This document shows, one piece after another, positions 29,614-38,556 of a DNA stretch of 64,000 bases; position 1 is the stretch's first letter; every line of letters begins with the position of its first letter. The position numbers and the translations under genes are program-made. This DNA is from an uncultured cyanobacterium (GTDB lineage: Bacteria; Cyanobacteriota; Cyanobacteriia; Cyanobacteriales; CAWUOF01). Under the pieces are notes generated by a model that did not search any database, was not told the origin of the DNA, and worked only from the letters and a program-made list of their open reading frames with translations. The stretch spans positions 1,408,001 to 1,472,000 of the forward strand of contig CAVUSO010000001.1 of NCBI GenBank assembly GCA_963744145.1. The letters are read 5' to 3'.

Positions 29614-30777
29614 TTAAAACTCTTGTACCGAATTCACAGTAATAGAGCGTTTGAGCAGTCGTTTCAGCAGGGTTAAATCCCTTATGGCAAAAAGCCTATT
29701 TCTTATGGTATCTGGTACGACGGAAAACCGCGTTTCCAAAATATCAATGATAGCTTCACGCGCAATTTCCAATTTTGCATCTCGCTCAAAACTGCTCATG
29801 TATGGCTGTCTTTCTTGCTCCATTCTTCTCAATCTTTGAGCATCTTCGCTCTGGCTTTCTGACAGCCGTTGTACAAATTCTTCTACAGATGCTACCGTTA
29901 CTGCCGGGACTAGCAATTCTTCGATCAATTCCAAATTCCCGATCTGATTAATTCTTTCAATCAAATCCGTTGGCACGACTGAAAACCGCGTTTCCAGAAC
30001 TTTGATAGCAGATTTGCGAGCAATTTCCAATTTTCCATCCCGTTCAAAACTAATCATGTATGACATTCGTCTTTGCTCCTCTATTTGCTTGATTTCCGTT
30101 TTAAACTCTTGCTGAATTGCCTCTGGTAAAACCATGATCCATTCAATGAACCGGAGCAGCTCCGATATCTGATTTCTACTATAACCCCGTTGGTAAAGTC
30201 GGCGCACTAAGCTTAACTTTGACTGGAAACGTTGCTCTAAATCGTTGCGTGTTGCCTGGGTTTCTAAATGAGCCGCGATAATTGTAGCAAAGGGATTGGT
30301 GCTTTCTGCTAGGATAGAAGCTGGATAGTCAAGTAGTTTCACAACTGGAAACTGCAAATTGCTCTCAAATCCCCATCGACTATAACTATATCCGGTTGGT
30401 CGCCAATTCCTATTTTCGTCTCCTAATATTGCAAAACTGAACACTTTTTGCCGATAGCGATCAAACAATCTATGATTGTAGATATACATCCGTTCGGCAA
30501 AATCTAACTGCTCTTGTCCTTGGATTTCGACGTGAATTAATACCAGGGCATCTTCACCTGAATTCAACCATACCTTTATTAGCTTATCTGCTAAACGTCT
30601 CCCGGTTTCGGCATCACGAATCAGTTCTTGCAATTCGGTATCTAAGGTTTCATATCCTCTCTCCCAATTAATATCACTGTGAACAGCGGGAAAACAAAAA
30701 GCCATAAATGCTTCAAAATAGATAGTGAGTGCTTCTTTCCAAGCACTATCGTAATCCGATCGCAGTTCTTCTACCAT
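29614..30777 (-). CDS. Rpn / PD-(D/E)xK putative transposase-like nuclease with a duplicated DUF4351-like C-terminal domain
   Basis: DYDSAWKEAL...RRLADKLIKVW...VLIHVEIQG...FAERMYIYNHRLFDRY; two C-terminal repeats YMxSFERDxKLEIAR..I..LETRFSVVP. Start moved to ATG 30777. Confidence 0.85.
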   Translation of the reverse strand: MVEELRSDYDSAWKEALTIYFEAFMAFCFPAVHSDINWERGYETLDTELQELIRDAETGRRLADKLIKVWLNSGEDALVLIHVEIQGQEQLDFAERMYIYNHRLFDRYRQKVFSFAILGDENRNWRPTGYSYSRWGFESNLQFPVVKLLDYPASILAESTNPFATIIAAHLETQATRNDLEQRFQSKLSLVRRLYQRGYSRNQISELLRFIEWIMVLPEAIQQEFKTEIKQIEEQRRMSYMISFERDGKLEIARKSAIKVLETRFSVVPTDLIERINQIGNLELIEELLVPAVTVASVEEFVQRLSESQSEDAQRLRRMEQERQPYMSSFERDAKLEIAREAIIDILETRFSVVPDTIRNRLFAIRDLTLLKRLLKRSITVNSVQEF

Positions 30778-30821
30778 ATAGTAACCTTCTACTCCTCTAA
30801 TTGATTGTAAAAAGACATCAC

Positions 30822-33377
30822 TTAACCCTCCCAATCTAGTATATCCTCTAACTTAAATGTCTTCATTGCATCCCCAGTTAAATTATCTCGTACAATTCGA
30901 TTTTTTAGTCGGGCCACTGTTTTTTCGTAAAAATTACGCACCTCTCTAGCATTACCAAAATTTCTCCCTTTATTTTGATACATTTTCTGAAAAATTTCCC
31001 GCAAACGTGCTGATACTTCTGGGGTAACAATCCACCCAGATTTCTGACACAGATTGATAAAAATTTGGGACAATTCATTATCATTATAGTCGGGAAATTC
31101 AATCTTGTAGGCAATTCGGGAAGCGATCCCGGAGTTAGCAGAGATAAACTGTTCCATTTCACGGGAATATCCTGCTAAAATAACTACTAGGCGATCGCGT
31201 TCGTTTTCCATAACTGGTACTAAAGTATCGATCGCTTCTCGCCCAAAATCCCACTGAGCTTCACCTTGTCGAGACAGAGCATAAGCTTCATCAATAAACA
31301 ACACTCCATCCAAAGCAGATTGAATTGCTTCCGCAGTTTTCAGTGCTGTTTGTCCTACATATCCAGCTACTAATTTTTCTCTATTTACTTCGATAAATTG
31401 TCCTTTTTGTAATAACCCCAACGCCTTAAAAATTTGTCCAATTAATCGCGCTATTGTAGTTTTTCCCGTTCCAGGATTTCCAGTAAATAACAGATGTCGT
31501 GTTTCTATTTCCTCCTTAGTTTGCATTCCTGCTTCCCGCAGACGTTGATTGGCAATTTGAGTATTAACGATTTCCCGAATCGCTTGTTTTACTGAATGCA
31601 ACCCAATCATCTGATCTAATTCTTGCAATAATTTCTGTAAAATTTCCTCATTTTTTCTTCCCTCTTGACGATACTGAGTAGGCAAATCTACTATTTGAAA
31701 AGGTTCTCGTAACGGATCAAGATTCTGTTCAACAACTCGCTGACTTCGCCGCTCATCTATCTGGTTAAACAAATTTTCTACTAACCCAGCATTTCCGAAA
31801 TTCTGGTCGCGTCTTTCATAAAGCTGAGTAAACAAATTCCTTAGCACTTCTGTCAATTCGGGTGTAATTGAACACTGCACTCGCGATACTCGTTGTTGAA
31901 AAATTGCTAATAATTCGGCAGGGGTATAATCTTCAAAAATAATTTCATTAGCAAAGCGACGATTTAACCCAGGATTTGAGTTAATAAAATCTTCCATCTG
32001 AACTGGGTATCCAGCTACAATTACTGCCAATCGATGCCGATCGTCTTCCATCCGTTTCAGCAAGGTATTTATTGCTTCTTGCCCAAAATCATTTCCTCCA
32101 CCCTGATTCAATGTATAAGCTTCGTCAATAAATAACACACCGTCAAGGGCTTCATCGATAATTTCATTGGTACGAATAGCTGTTTGTCCTATATATCCTG
32201 CTACTAAATCTCGCCCTCCTACTTCTCGCACATGACCCCGCTTTAACAGTCCCAAATCACGATATATTTCGCCAATTAATCTGGCAACTGTAGTTTTTCC
32301 GGTGCCAGGATTGCCTTTAAAAATATAATGTAGCCGAGCCGGGTCGGTGCTAATTCCTTGTTGTACCCGTTTTTGCTCAACTTCAAGGATTTGCATTCGT
32401 CGTCGAATGGTATCTTTTACTGATGTCAGACCAATCATTTGCTGTAATCGTTCTTGTGCGGGTTCTGTACTCATATCTCCTGAGAGCCAATTTAGCCGAC
32501 GTGCTTCCGTTAGGGATATTTGACGAGCAGCTTGAAAGCGATCGCACCAATGTTTTAGAGAGTGGTTTTCTGCGGCGATCCAAACAGATAATTTTTCTGC
32601 TGTTATCCAATCTACTATCTTCTGGTGTTTGAGTCGGAAATAATCATTTAAAGCTCTAATTTCGCTTGGATCTGGAGAAGTTAGGCGAACCAAATTAAAC
32701 CCACGATTTGCTAATAGATTGCGGTTAGTGATCAGGTTTGCTAAAAATGTAAATCCTATGCGATCGCAAAAGTTTTTCAATTCGGTGCGATTTTCATGGT
32801 GAAAAATTAAAATACAAAGGTTATTATTATGAGGAGGTAAGCGCGACCAATCTACGACCCGACCAAATAATTCGCGTCGGTTGTTGAAATGCTCTAAGTC
32901 TTCAGCGTGAGAAAAGATAATGGCAGATTTTTGAGATTTGTCCTCCATGACGGTTTGAAAAATCGGCAAGATGTTAATATCCTGTAACCGTCTGGTTGGG
33001 AAATTTGGTGATGTGGGTGTTGGTAATGGTGGATCATTTGTTTGGGTTGATCGTCTACCAAGCAATCCGCGCTTAGATCCCAATGGACCAGGTGTTACCC
33101 GCATTTGGGCTGAGGATACGGAATTGAGGGGAGTTTGAGGTTGGAGACGACAGCGATCGCGCGATCGTTGATCGAGAAAATATAGCTTTTGAACACCTGA
33201 ATAAAATAGTATCCGCTCATAACCTTGAGAACGAAGATATTCGTGCAACACTTCCTCGATATTTAGCAGCAATAAATCTGGAGTGCAAAAAGTATCGCTG
33301 GTGTTCACTCCATAGAAAATCAGGAAGCGATCGCCTGATTGTAAATTTAATTCTGATGTAACTCTGGCAACTGACAT
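30822..33377 (-). CDS. Tandem AAA+ ATPase, CbbX/SpoVK/EccA family, with a ~300-aa N-terminal region
   Basis: Two modules, each with MIGL..VK, GNPGTGKTT (Walker A), LVAGY.GQTA, VLFIDEAY (Walker B), VIxAGY, an Arg-finger region and NFGNA lid. Confidence 0.93.
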   Translation of the reverse strand: MSVARVTSELNLQSGDRFLIFYGVNTSDTFCTPDLLLLNIEEVLHEYLRSQGYERILFYSGVQKLYFLDQRSRDRCRLQPQTPLNSVSSAQMRVTPGPLGSKRGLLGRRSTQTNDPPLPTPTSPNFPTRRLQDINILPIFQTVMEDKSQKSAIIFSHAEDLEHFNNRRELFGRVVDWSRLPPHNNNLCILIFHHENRTELKNFCDRIGFTFLANLITNRNLLANRGFNLVRLTSPDPSEIRALNDYFRLKHQKIVDWITAEKLSVWIAAENHSLKHWCDRFQAARQISLTEARRLNWLSGDMSTEPAQERLQQMIGLTSVKDTIRRRMQILEVEQKRVQQGISTDPARLHYIFKGNPGTGKTTVARLIGEIYRDLGLLKRGHVREVGGRDLVAGYIGQTAIRTNEIIDEALDGVLFIDEAYTLNQGGGNDFGQEAINTLLKRMEDDRHRLAVIVAGYPVQMEDFINSNPGLNRRFANEIIFEDYTPAELLAIFQQRVSRVQCSITPELTEVLRNLFTQLYERRDQNFGNAGLVENLFNQIDERRSQRVVEQNLDPLREPFQIVDLPTQYRQEGRKNEEILQKLLQELDQMIGLHSVKQAIREIVNTQIANQRLREAGMQTKEEIETRHLLFTGNPGTGKTTIARLIGQIFKALGLLQKGQFIEVNREKLVAGYVGQTALKTAEAIQSALDGVLFIDEAYALSRQGEAQWDFGREAIDTLVPVMENERDRLVVILAGYSREMEQFISANSGIASRIAYKIEFPDYNDNELSQIFINLCQKSGWIVTPEVSARLREIFQKMYQNKGRNFGNAREVRNFYEKTVARLKNRIVRDNLTGDAMKTFKLEDILDWEG

Positions 33378-33430
33378 TTTAGTTTTTACCTGATTGGTAA
33401 GGAATAAAAAATAAATAACTTGATGATTTA

Positions 33431-33472
33431 GTTCGTAGTAAGCGCTTTAGCGCTAAAGCGCTTACTACAAAC
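33431..33472. repeat. Palindromic REP-like element
   Basis: GTTCGTAGTAAGCGCTTTAGCGCTAAAGCGCTTACTACAAAC; a related half-site GTTCGTAGTAGGGACTTCAGTCCC lies near 41314. Confidence 0.75.
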
Positions 33473-33554
33473 CTTAAGATTTTCCCATCTGTTAATTTTA
33501 CCAAGTTATCTATCAAGCCAATCTACCTGTCTGATCTAGCATAATTTTATAAGA

Positions 33555-35960
33555 TTATAGCAAACTTCTAATCTCGATTAATTTATCTAGATATTGCTGA
33601 AGATCAATTTTATCTTTTTCTAATCTCTGTCGAATTTCAATAGTTTCTACTTCTCTTGTTTCTCGTTCTTTCAACAATTGATCAAACTTGGTTTGAAAAT
33701 TATTAATGTAATTATTAATTTGGTCTTCAGCATTTTTAAAATCTTCTGACATTTGTTTTTCAATGACATTTTTTAACAAAACTTTAATTTGCGCTACTTG
33801 GGGATCTATTTTTGACGTTATTTCTTGTTTTATTCTGTTCAAATCAATCTCATAATAGTCAACGGTTTCTTCATAATGAACCTCGACTTCAGTCAATATA
33901 TCATCATTACAGCAACGCTTTTCACGGTTGAATTCTTTGCGCGTTCTCCAGAAAACTTCCTGCTGTTTTAAAACTTGGGCATCGATCCCCGTAAATTGAA
34001 ATCTGGGAAATTGGATTTGACTATTATTCAGTTCTATTCGTAGACTTTGTCCTAAATAGTTAGAAAGCTCTTTGGAAATAGATTGGGTAGTCTGCTGAAT
34101 TTCTTGGACAAGTTTCTCTCTAATTTCTGTTCCATCTCGGACAAGCTTATCTTGGGTATCTAACCACCAGGTCTGAATCACAGGAGCGCAGTATTTATTT
34201 ATTGTATCTACAATTTTATCAGCATCATCGCGGTTATTAACTCTAATTTTGTAAGGATCTGAACTACGATTTCCAGTAAAATCATCAAAGATTTTTTTTA
34301 AATGATCTAATAAGCTATCTGACGATGAATCAGGATTTTGCTTATTCTCACTATTGGCAACCCGGTCGATCTCTATACCAATATTCTTTTTAGCTTCTTG
34401 AGCAAATTGCTTAATTCCGCGATTAAATCCATCAATTAGGTTACCTTTTTCCTTTTTAAGAGACTTGTTTATGTTTTCTACTTCTTTTTTGGCGATATCA
34501 GCGCGTTTCCTATATCCCTGTACTGTACTTTTGAGAGTTTCAAGTTCCGTTTCCCATCCTCGGATTTCTGTATTTAACATATCCTCTATAGATTGGGCGC
34601 TTTTCTCTATTTTTGCCAATACATCATTTAGCAGATTCCAACCGGAGTTCTGAACTACTTTTTGAATCACTGAATTTTCGATCTTGGGAATACCACTTTC
34701 TGGTAAAGCTTGTTCAGCAGCTTCAGCATCTTCCAACAAGATTCTCTTCCCATTTGGATCTGTTATAATCAGATAACGTCCAAAGTTATTTTGAAAATCC
34801 TCTTTATCTTGCTGAATTGCTGTTTGATTAAGAATTAATTTAGATAACAATCCTTGTAAAGCACTAACAGGATAAATATTTGGGTTGGGAATACCAAAAT
34901 CAATCAAAATTTTTCTTAAATCATTAATAACATCGTCAATAGCTCGATCACGAACTTGCTTTCTATCAATTTTATTCAGAATAAAAAAGATTTTACCCTG
35001 GTCACTAATCAAAGAATCTTTTCGTTCCTTTAAGATTTTAATCAATTCGGAATTAGTCTGATCTTTAAAAGAAGAATAATCTAATATAAATAAAATAACA
35101 TCACAAGTTCGCAGCGATTCCAAGGCAGTTTTCTTCAAGATAGTGGTATCAAAATTAGCAGATTGCCATTCATTAGGTCCAGGAGTATCTACCAAAGTAA
35201 ACCCTGTCAAGGAAGAAAAATTACTGATTGCTTCAATCGGATATTGAAGTTCAAATCTAGTGGTGCGATCGCGATTGTTGGTGGCTCGTATTTCGTGGGT
35301 ACGTTCTAAAAATTTCTGCTTAATTATCTGGGCATTTCCCTCCACAAGTACCGAAGGTTTTTTATGCGCTTCTCGATATTCCAGCAGTTTGGGAGTTGCT
35401 GAAGTAGCGATCGGACGAATATCGGTGCGACAGACAGTACAAGCTTCAGATTCACTAGCTAGTACATCAGCACCTATGATCGCATTGAGAAAGGTACTTT
35501 TACCTGCTTTCATTGCTGCAATCACAGCCACTTGATATTTTTGCTCTTTCAAAGCTGTTAAAGCTTGAGTTAAATCTTCTTCAATACTTTGGAATTCCTT
35601 AGTTTTATTTCCCTCCTTTAATCGTCCACTTCTAAATTCTTTAATGTACTGTAAAAGACAAGTACCAGTTTCAGAAAGACGGTTATATGCTCGTTGAAAT
35701 TGTTCAGAAGGTTTTGCTGGATCAGACTGGGGAGAATTAGTCATCATATTTAACAATCGGTCTAGTTGTACTTTTTGATCTTGATACTTAAGCCAAATCT
35801 GCTTTGCCCAAAACAGTTTTGCTCGTTCCTTCTCCAAAAAAGCTTCCGGTAATTGTCCAGGAAACGTTAGGGGATAGGAAGTCAAATCCCATTCACAGAC
35901 AGAACAAAAATTGACCTGAGCTTCAATAAATTCAGTTTGACAAACTGGACAATTAGCCAC
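33555..35960 (-). CDS. Dynamin-like GTPase (CrfC/YjdA-like) with an N-terminal Zn-ribbon module
   Basis: G1 AAMKAGKST, G2 EACT, G3 LVDTPGPNE, G4 LNKID, VSALQG, long helical stalk; N-terminal CPVC...CSVC. GTG start at 35960 preferred. Confidence 0.9.
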   Translation of the reverse strand: MANCPVCQTEFIEAQVNFCSVCEWDLTSYPLTFPGQLPEAFLEKERAKLFWAKQIWLKYQDQKVQLDRLLNMMTNSPQSDPAKPSEQFQRAYNRLSETGTCLLQYIKEFRSGRLKEGNKTKEFQSIEEDLTQALTALKEQKYQVAVIAAMKAGKSTFLNAIIGADVLASESEACTVCRTDIRPIATSATPKLLEYREAHKKPSVLVEGNAQIIKQKFLERTHEIRATNNRDRTTRFELQYPIEAISNFSSLTGFTLVDTPGPNEWQSANFDTTILKKTALESLRTCDVILFILDYSSFKDQTNSELIKILKERKDSLISDQGKIFFILNKIDRKQVRDRAIDDVINDLRKILIDFGIPNPNIYPVSALQGLLSKLILNQTAIQQDKEDFQNNFGRYLIITDPNGKRILLEDAEAAEQALPESGIPKIENSVIQKVVQNSGWNLLNDVLAKIEKSAQSIEDMLNTEIRGWETELETLKSTVQGYRKRADIAKKEVENINKSLKKEKGNLIDGFNRGIKQFAQEAKKNIGIEIDRVANSENKQNPDSSSDSLLDHLKKIFDDFTGNRSSDPYKIRVNNRDDADKIVDTINKYCAPVIQTWWLDTQDKLVRDGTEIREKLVQEIQQTTQSISKELSNYLGQSLRIELNNSQIQFPRFQFTGIDAQVLKQQEVFWRTRKEFNREKRCCNDDILTEVEVHYEETVDYYEIDLNRIKQEITSKIDPQVAQIKVLLKNVIEKQMSEDFKNAEDQINNYINNFQTKFDQLLKERETREVETIEIRQRLEKDKIDLQQYLDKLIEIRSLL

Positions 35961-35994
35961 ACCTACTCTCACTAAGAAATTAGTTGACAATCTT

Positions 35995-37500
35995 TTAAGA
36001 AGATATCTTACCAAATTGTTCCGGTTTAACCTGCCGTCCTTTCACTTTCTCTATATTCTGATATTCCTGTCTTGCCTGTGGATTACATTCTAGCGGTCTA
36101 CCCTGTACCCCTTCTTCCTTCAAAGCATCAAAAATAGCGTCAGCATTGTCTTTTGTAGCTTTCTCATCTACTATAGTTTGACTAAATGTGTTAATCGAAA
36201 CCGAGTTGGCTCCAAATTCTTTCTCTGGACTAATTATGGTGACCACTTCATCACCAGCTATATTTTTTACCTTGACTACATAAGCATTTCTTTGGTCATC
36301 ACCTTCATAAACAGCGTCAGATTCTCTATTCTCAAGATTGTATCCCAATGACTCAAGCGTTTCTACAATTCTGTCGGCAATTTCCACCCGCAATTGCGAG
36401 CCTAATATTGTTAGTTTTGCCTGTTCGACAATTTCTCCTAGTTTTGGTTGTAAAGCAGTTATTTTTTCTCCTAACTCCTTCAGTTGTTCAATGGTAAGCG
36501 TCGATTCACCAGTTTTTAATTGCGATTCCAACTGCTGCAATTGTTCTGCATACTGGCTCAAGCGACCATTAACCCAGTAATCTACTTCCAATTGAAATTT
36601 CTCAGCCTCATTACCCTGACCAACTTCAATTTCGCATTGTCGATTAGCTTGTACTTCAGTAATTAAAGTTTTTAAATCCTCCAATGCAGCACTATAAAGT
36701 AACAACCATTCTTGCTCTTTTTGTTCCAATTCCAACCGTAAATCTGCCAAATCTAAATAAGTTTGTTGAGTTGTGGCGATCGCTGCTTCAGTGACACCAG
36801 CTTGGATATTAGTTCGAGCTATTTCCAATCCCCTACGCAAATCTGCCAAACGTCCAGGAGCAAATCGCTCATGTTGGTAATCCCGATTAATTTGTGACCA
36901 AACTGTTTCTACATCTGCAAGTAACTCTTTAGCTATCTGTGCTTTTCGCTGTTTTTCCTGTACAAGGTCTGTCACCACCTGATCAATCTGCTGCTGAAGA
37001 ATTTGTTGTCCCTGTTCTCTTGCTTGCCGTTCCTCTCCAATCAACTGAGTAAATTTTTGGTCTTGTTGTTTAATTAATCGGGTATATTCCTGCCGTTGTT
37101 CAGAGGTAATTCGCAAATATTCACTACGTTGCTGCTCAAACCCTTGACGCATAGCCGATTCTAAACGATTTGTCTCTCGCTCTAACGCCTGTTGTTGACG
37201 ATACTCGGTCTCACGTACTGCTGTTTGAAATTCTTCTCGTTGTTTCTGCAAACGCTTTTGGGTGTTTTTTTCTGTATCGGCTAGACTGCTTCTGAGTTTC
37301 TGTGTTTCTTGTTCCTGCTGTCGAGCGCGTTGTTCTAAAGGTGCTAAACGTTGCTGAAACTCTTGCCGTGCTTGCTCTCTAACTGCATTCAACCGCTCTG
37401 GTAAATCCTGTTGTACAGACCGTAATCGGCTCTCCTGTTCCCGGAGTCGTCGCAACTCTTGGTCTTCAACCTGGACATACCGTCGTTTTTCGCCACTCAT
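35995..37500 (-). CDS. Coiled-coil protein with a small C-terminal alpha/beta domain; first gene of the dynamin-AAA cluster
   Basis: About 190 aa of R/Q/E heptads, then HERFAPG, EVDYWVNG, LESLGY...VVKVKNIAGDEVVTII; SD GGAG. Confidence 0.88.
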   Translation of the reverse strand: MSGEKRRYVQVEDQELRRLREQESRLRSVQQDLPERLNAVREQARQEFQQRLAPLEQRARQQEQETQKLRSSLADTEKNTQKRLQKQREEFQTAVRETEYRQQQALERETNRLESAMRQGFEQQRSEYLRITSEQRQEYTRLIKQQDQKFTQLIGEERQAREQGQQILQQQIDQVVTDLVQEKQRKAQIAKELLADVETVWSQINRDYQHERFAPGRLADLRRGLEIARTNIQAGVTEAAIATTQQTYLDLADLRLELEQKEQEWLLLYSAALEDLKTLITEVQANRQCEIEVGQGNEAEKFQLEVDYWVNGRLSQYAEQLQQLESQLKTGESTLTIEQLKELGEKITALQPKLGEIVEQAKLTILGSQLRVEIADRIVETLESLGYNLENRESDAVYEGDDQRNAYVVKVKNIAGDEVVTIISPEKEFGANSVSINTFSQTIVDEKATKDNADAIFDALKEEGVQGRPLECNPQARQEYQNIEKVKGRQVKPEQFGKISS

Positions 37501-37591
37501 GTTTTTTCTCCGGATCGTTACAGGTTAGTCTGTTGATTTCTCGAAAATAGTTTTTTAGATGGCAGAATTGGCCCTACTATTGCCCACTAAC

Positions 37592-37614
37592 TGTCCCAGT
37601 CTAAACATGGGACA
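37592..37614. promoter_or_regulatory. Candidate operator, TGTCCCA-N9-TGGGACA
   Basis: Perfect 7-bp inverted repeat about 90 nt upstream of the first cluster gene. Confidence 0.4.
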
Positions 37615-37796
37615 AATAAGTTAATAATTTCTAATAACTTATCGGGATGTCAACTCTAATTTTACGCAAATCCGACCTATTGGTAATAAAACTTAATAAA
37701 TTAATACCTAGAGCGCCAGTCTAGTAGAAAGTATTGACAAAAAAAAAGAAGCCGCAGAAGGGTGAAGCATATTTAGCGACAATTGAACAATCAAAC

Positions 37797-37919
37797 TAGA
37801 CCTCTTGCAAAAGTCATGGTGATCAATTTATTGGACAGGCAAGATGCCTGTCCCACAACGAAAAAGACTATTGTAGGACAGGCATCTTGCCTGTCCTAGT
37901 TATTTTTGCAAGAAGTCTA
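37797..37919. mobile_element. MITE with TAGACCTCTTGCAAAA-type ends and paired GGACAGGCAAGATGCCTGTCC palindromes
   Basis: TAGACCTCTTGCAAAA...TTTTGCAAGAAGTCTA; TA at both ends. Confidence 0.75.
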
Positions 37920-37972
37920 CTTAGTGTAGTGGTCAATTAGCTTAATGCTTTACAGAACAAGGTTTTTCAAGG

Positions 37973-38449
37973 TTACAGGTTACATTTTTCAAGACGTGCA
38001 AAAAGATGTTCAGACCATACTCTACTACATATCCGACTAGGAAAATCTGGACATACTGCCCAAGGGAAATGACCATTGAAAAGATATTGCCCTGGAGCAG
38101 GTAAAACTATTGCCCGATCTTCCTCCCACCAACCAATGCGATCGCCAAAAATATTCCAGACTTTTTCATAGTCCTGTTTAAACTTTTCCCTCAGACTTCT
38201 ATTAAGATAATCATATATTTCTTTCTGGATAGAAAAGCCAAACCGATCATGACTAGCTGTTACCCAAAGTTGGTCAATTTTCAGAAGGTCTTCGCAGGGA
38301 AAATTCTGAATATCTGCGACGCTTAGATGATGATTTGTTTCCATTACTTCTAACATTTTTTGAGCTGTTTCGTTGTTAGCAGCATACCAATTCTTTGCGG
38401 CTAGTAAGCTTTCTAAATTTGTGTAATCTATATTTTTAGATGAGTGCAT
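37973..38449 (-). CDS. Stand-alone GUN4 domain protein
   Basis: IDYTNLESLLAAKNWYAANNET, IQNFPCEDLLKIDQLWVTASHDRFGFSIQKEIY, FGDRIGW, GHFP. Confidence 0.9.
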   Translation of the reverse strand: MHSSKNIDYTNLESLLAAKNWYAANNETAQKMLEVMETNHHLSVADIQNFPCEDLLKIDQLWVTASHDRFGFSIQKEIYDYLNRSLREKFKQDYEKVWNIFGDRIGWWEEDRAIVLPAPGQYLFNGHFPWAVCPDFPSRICSRVWSEHLFARLEKCNL

Positions 38450-38556
38450 TATTTATCTCTCCAATAATTTCTCTATTGAAAATTTAGTAAGTTCTGAAAG
38501 TTTTAATTTTAAAGCGATTCACCCATTAAAGTAAATGCTGTTATTTTTGGTTGATT

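Noticed and set aside
30822..33377. Type VII secretion (EccA) or Rubisco activase (CbbX) assignment
   Set aside because: No FtsK-type EccC, WXG100 or Rubisco genes are nearby; only the AAA family is shared.
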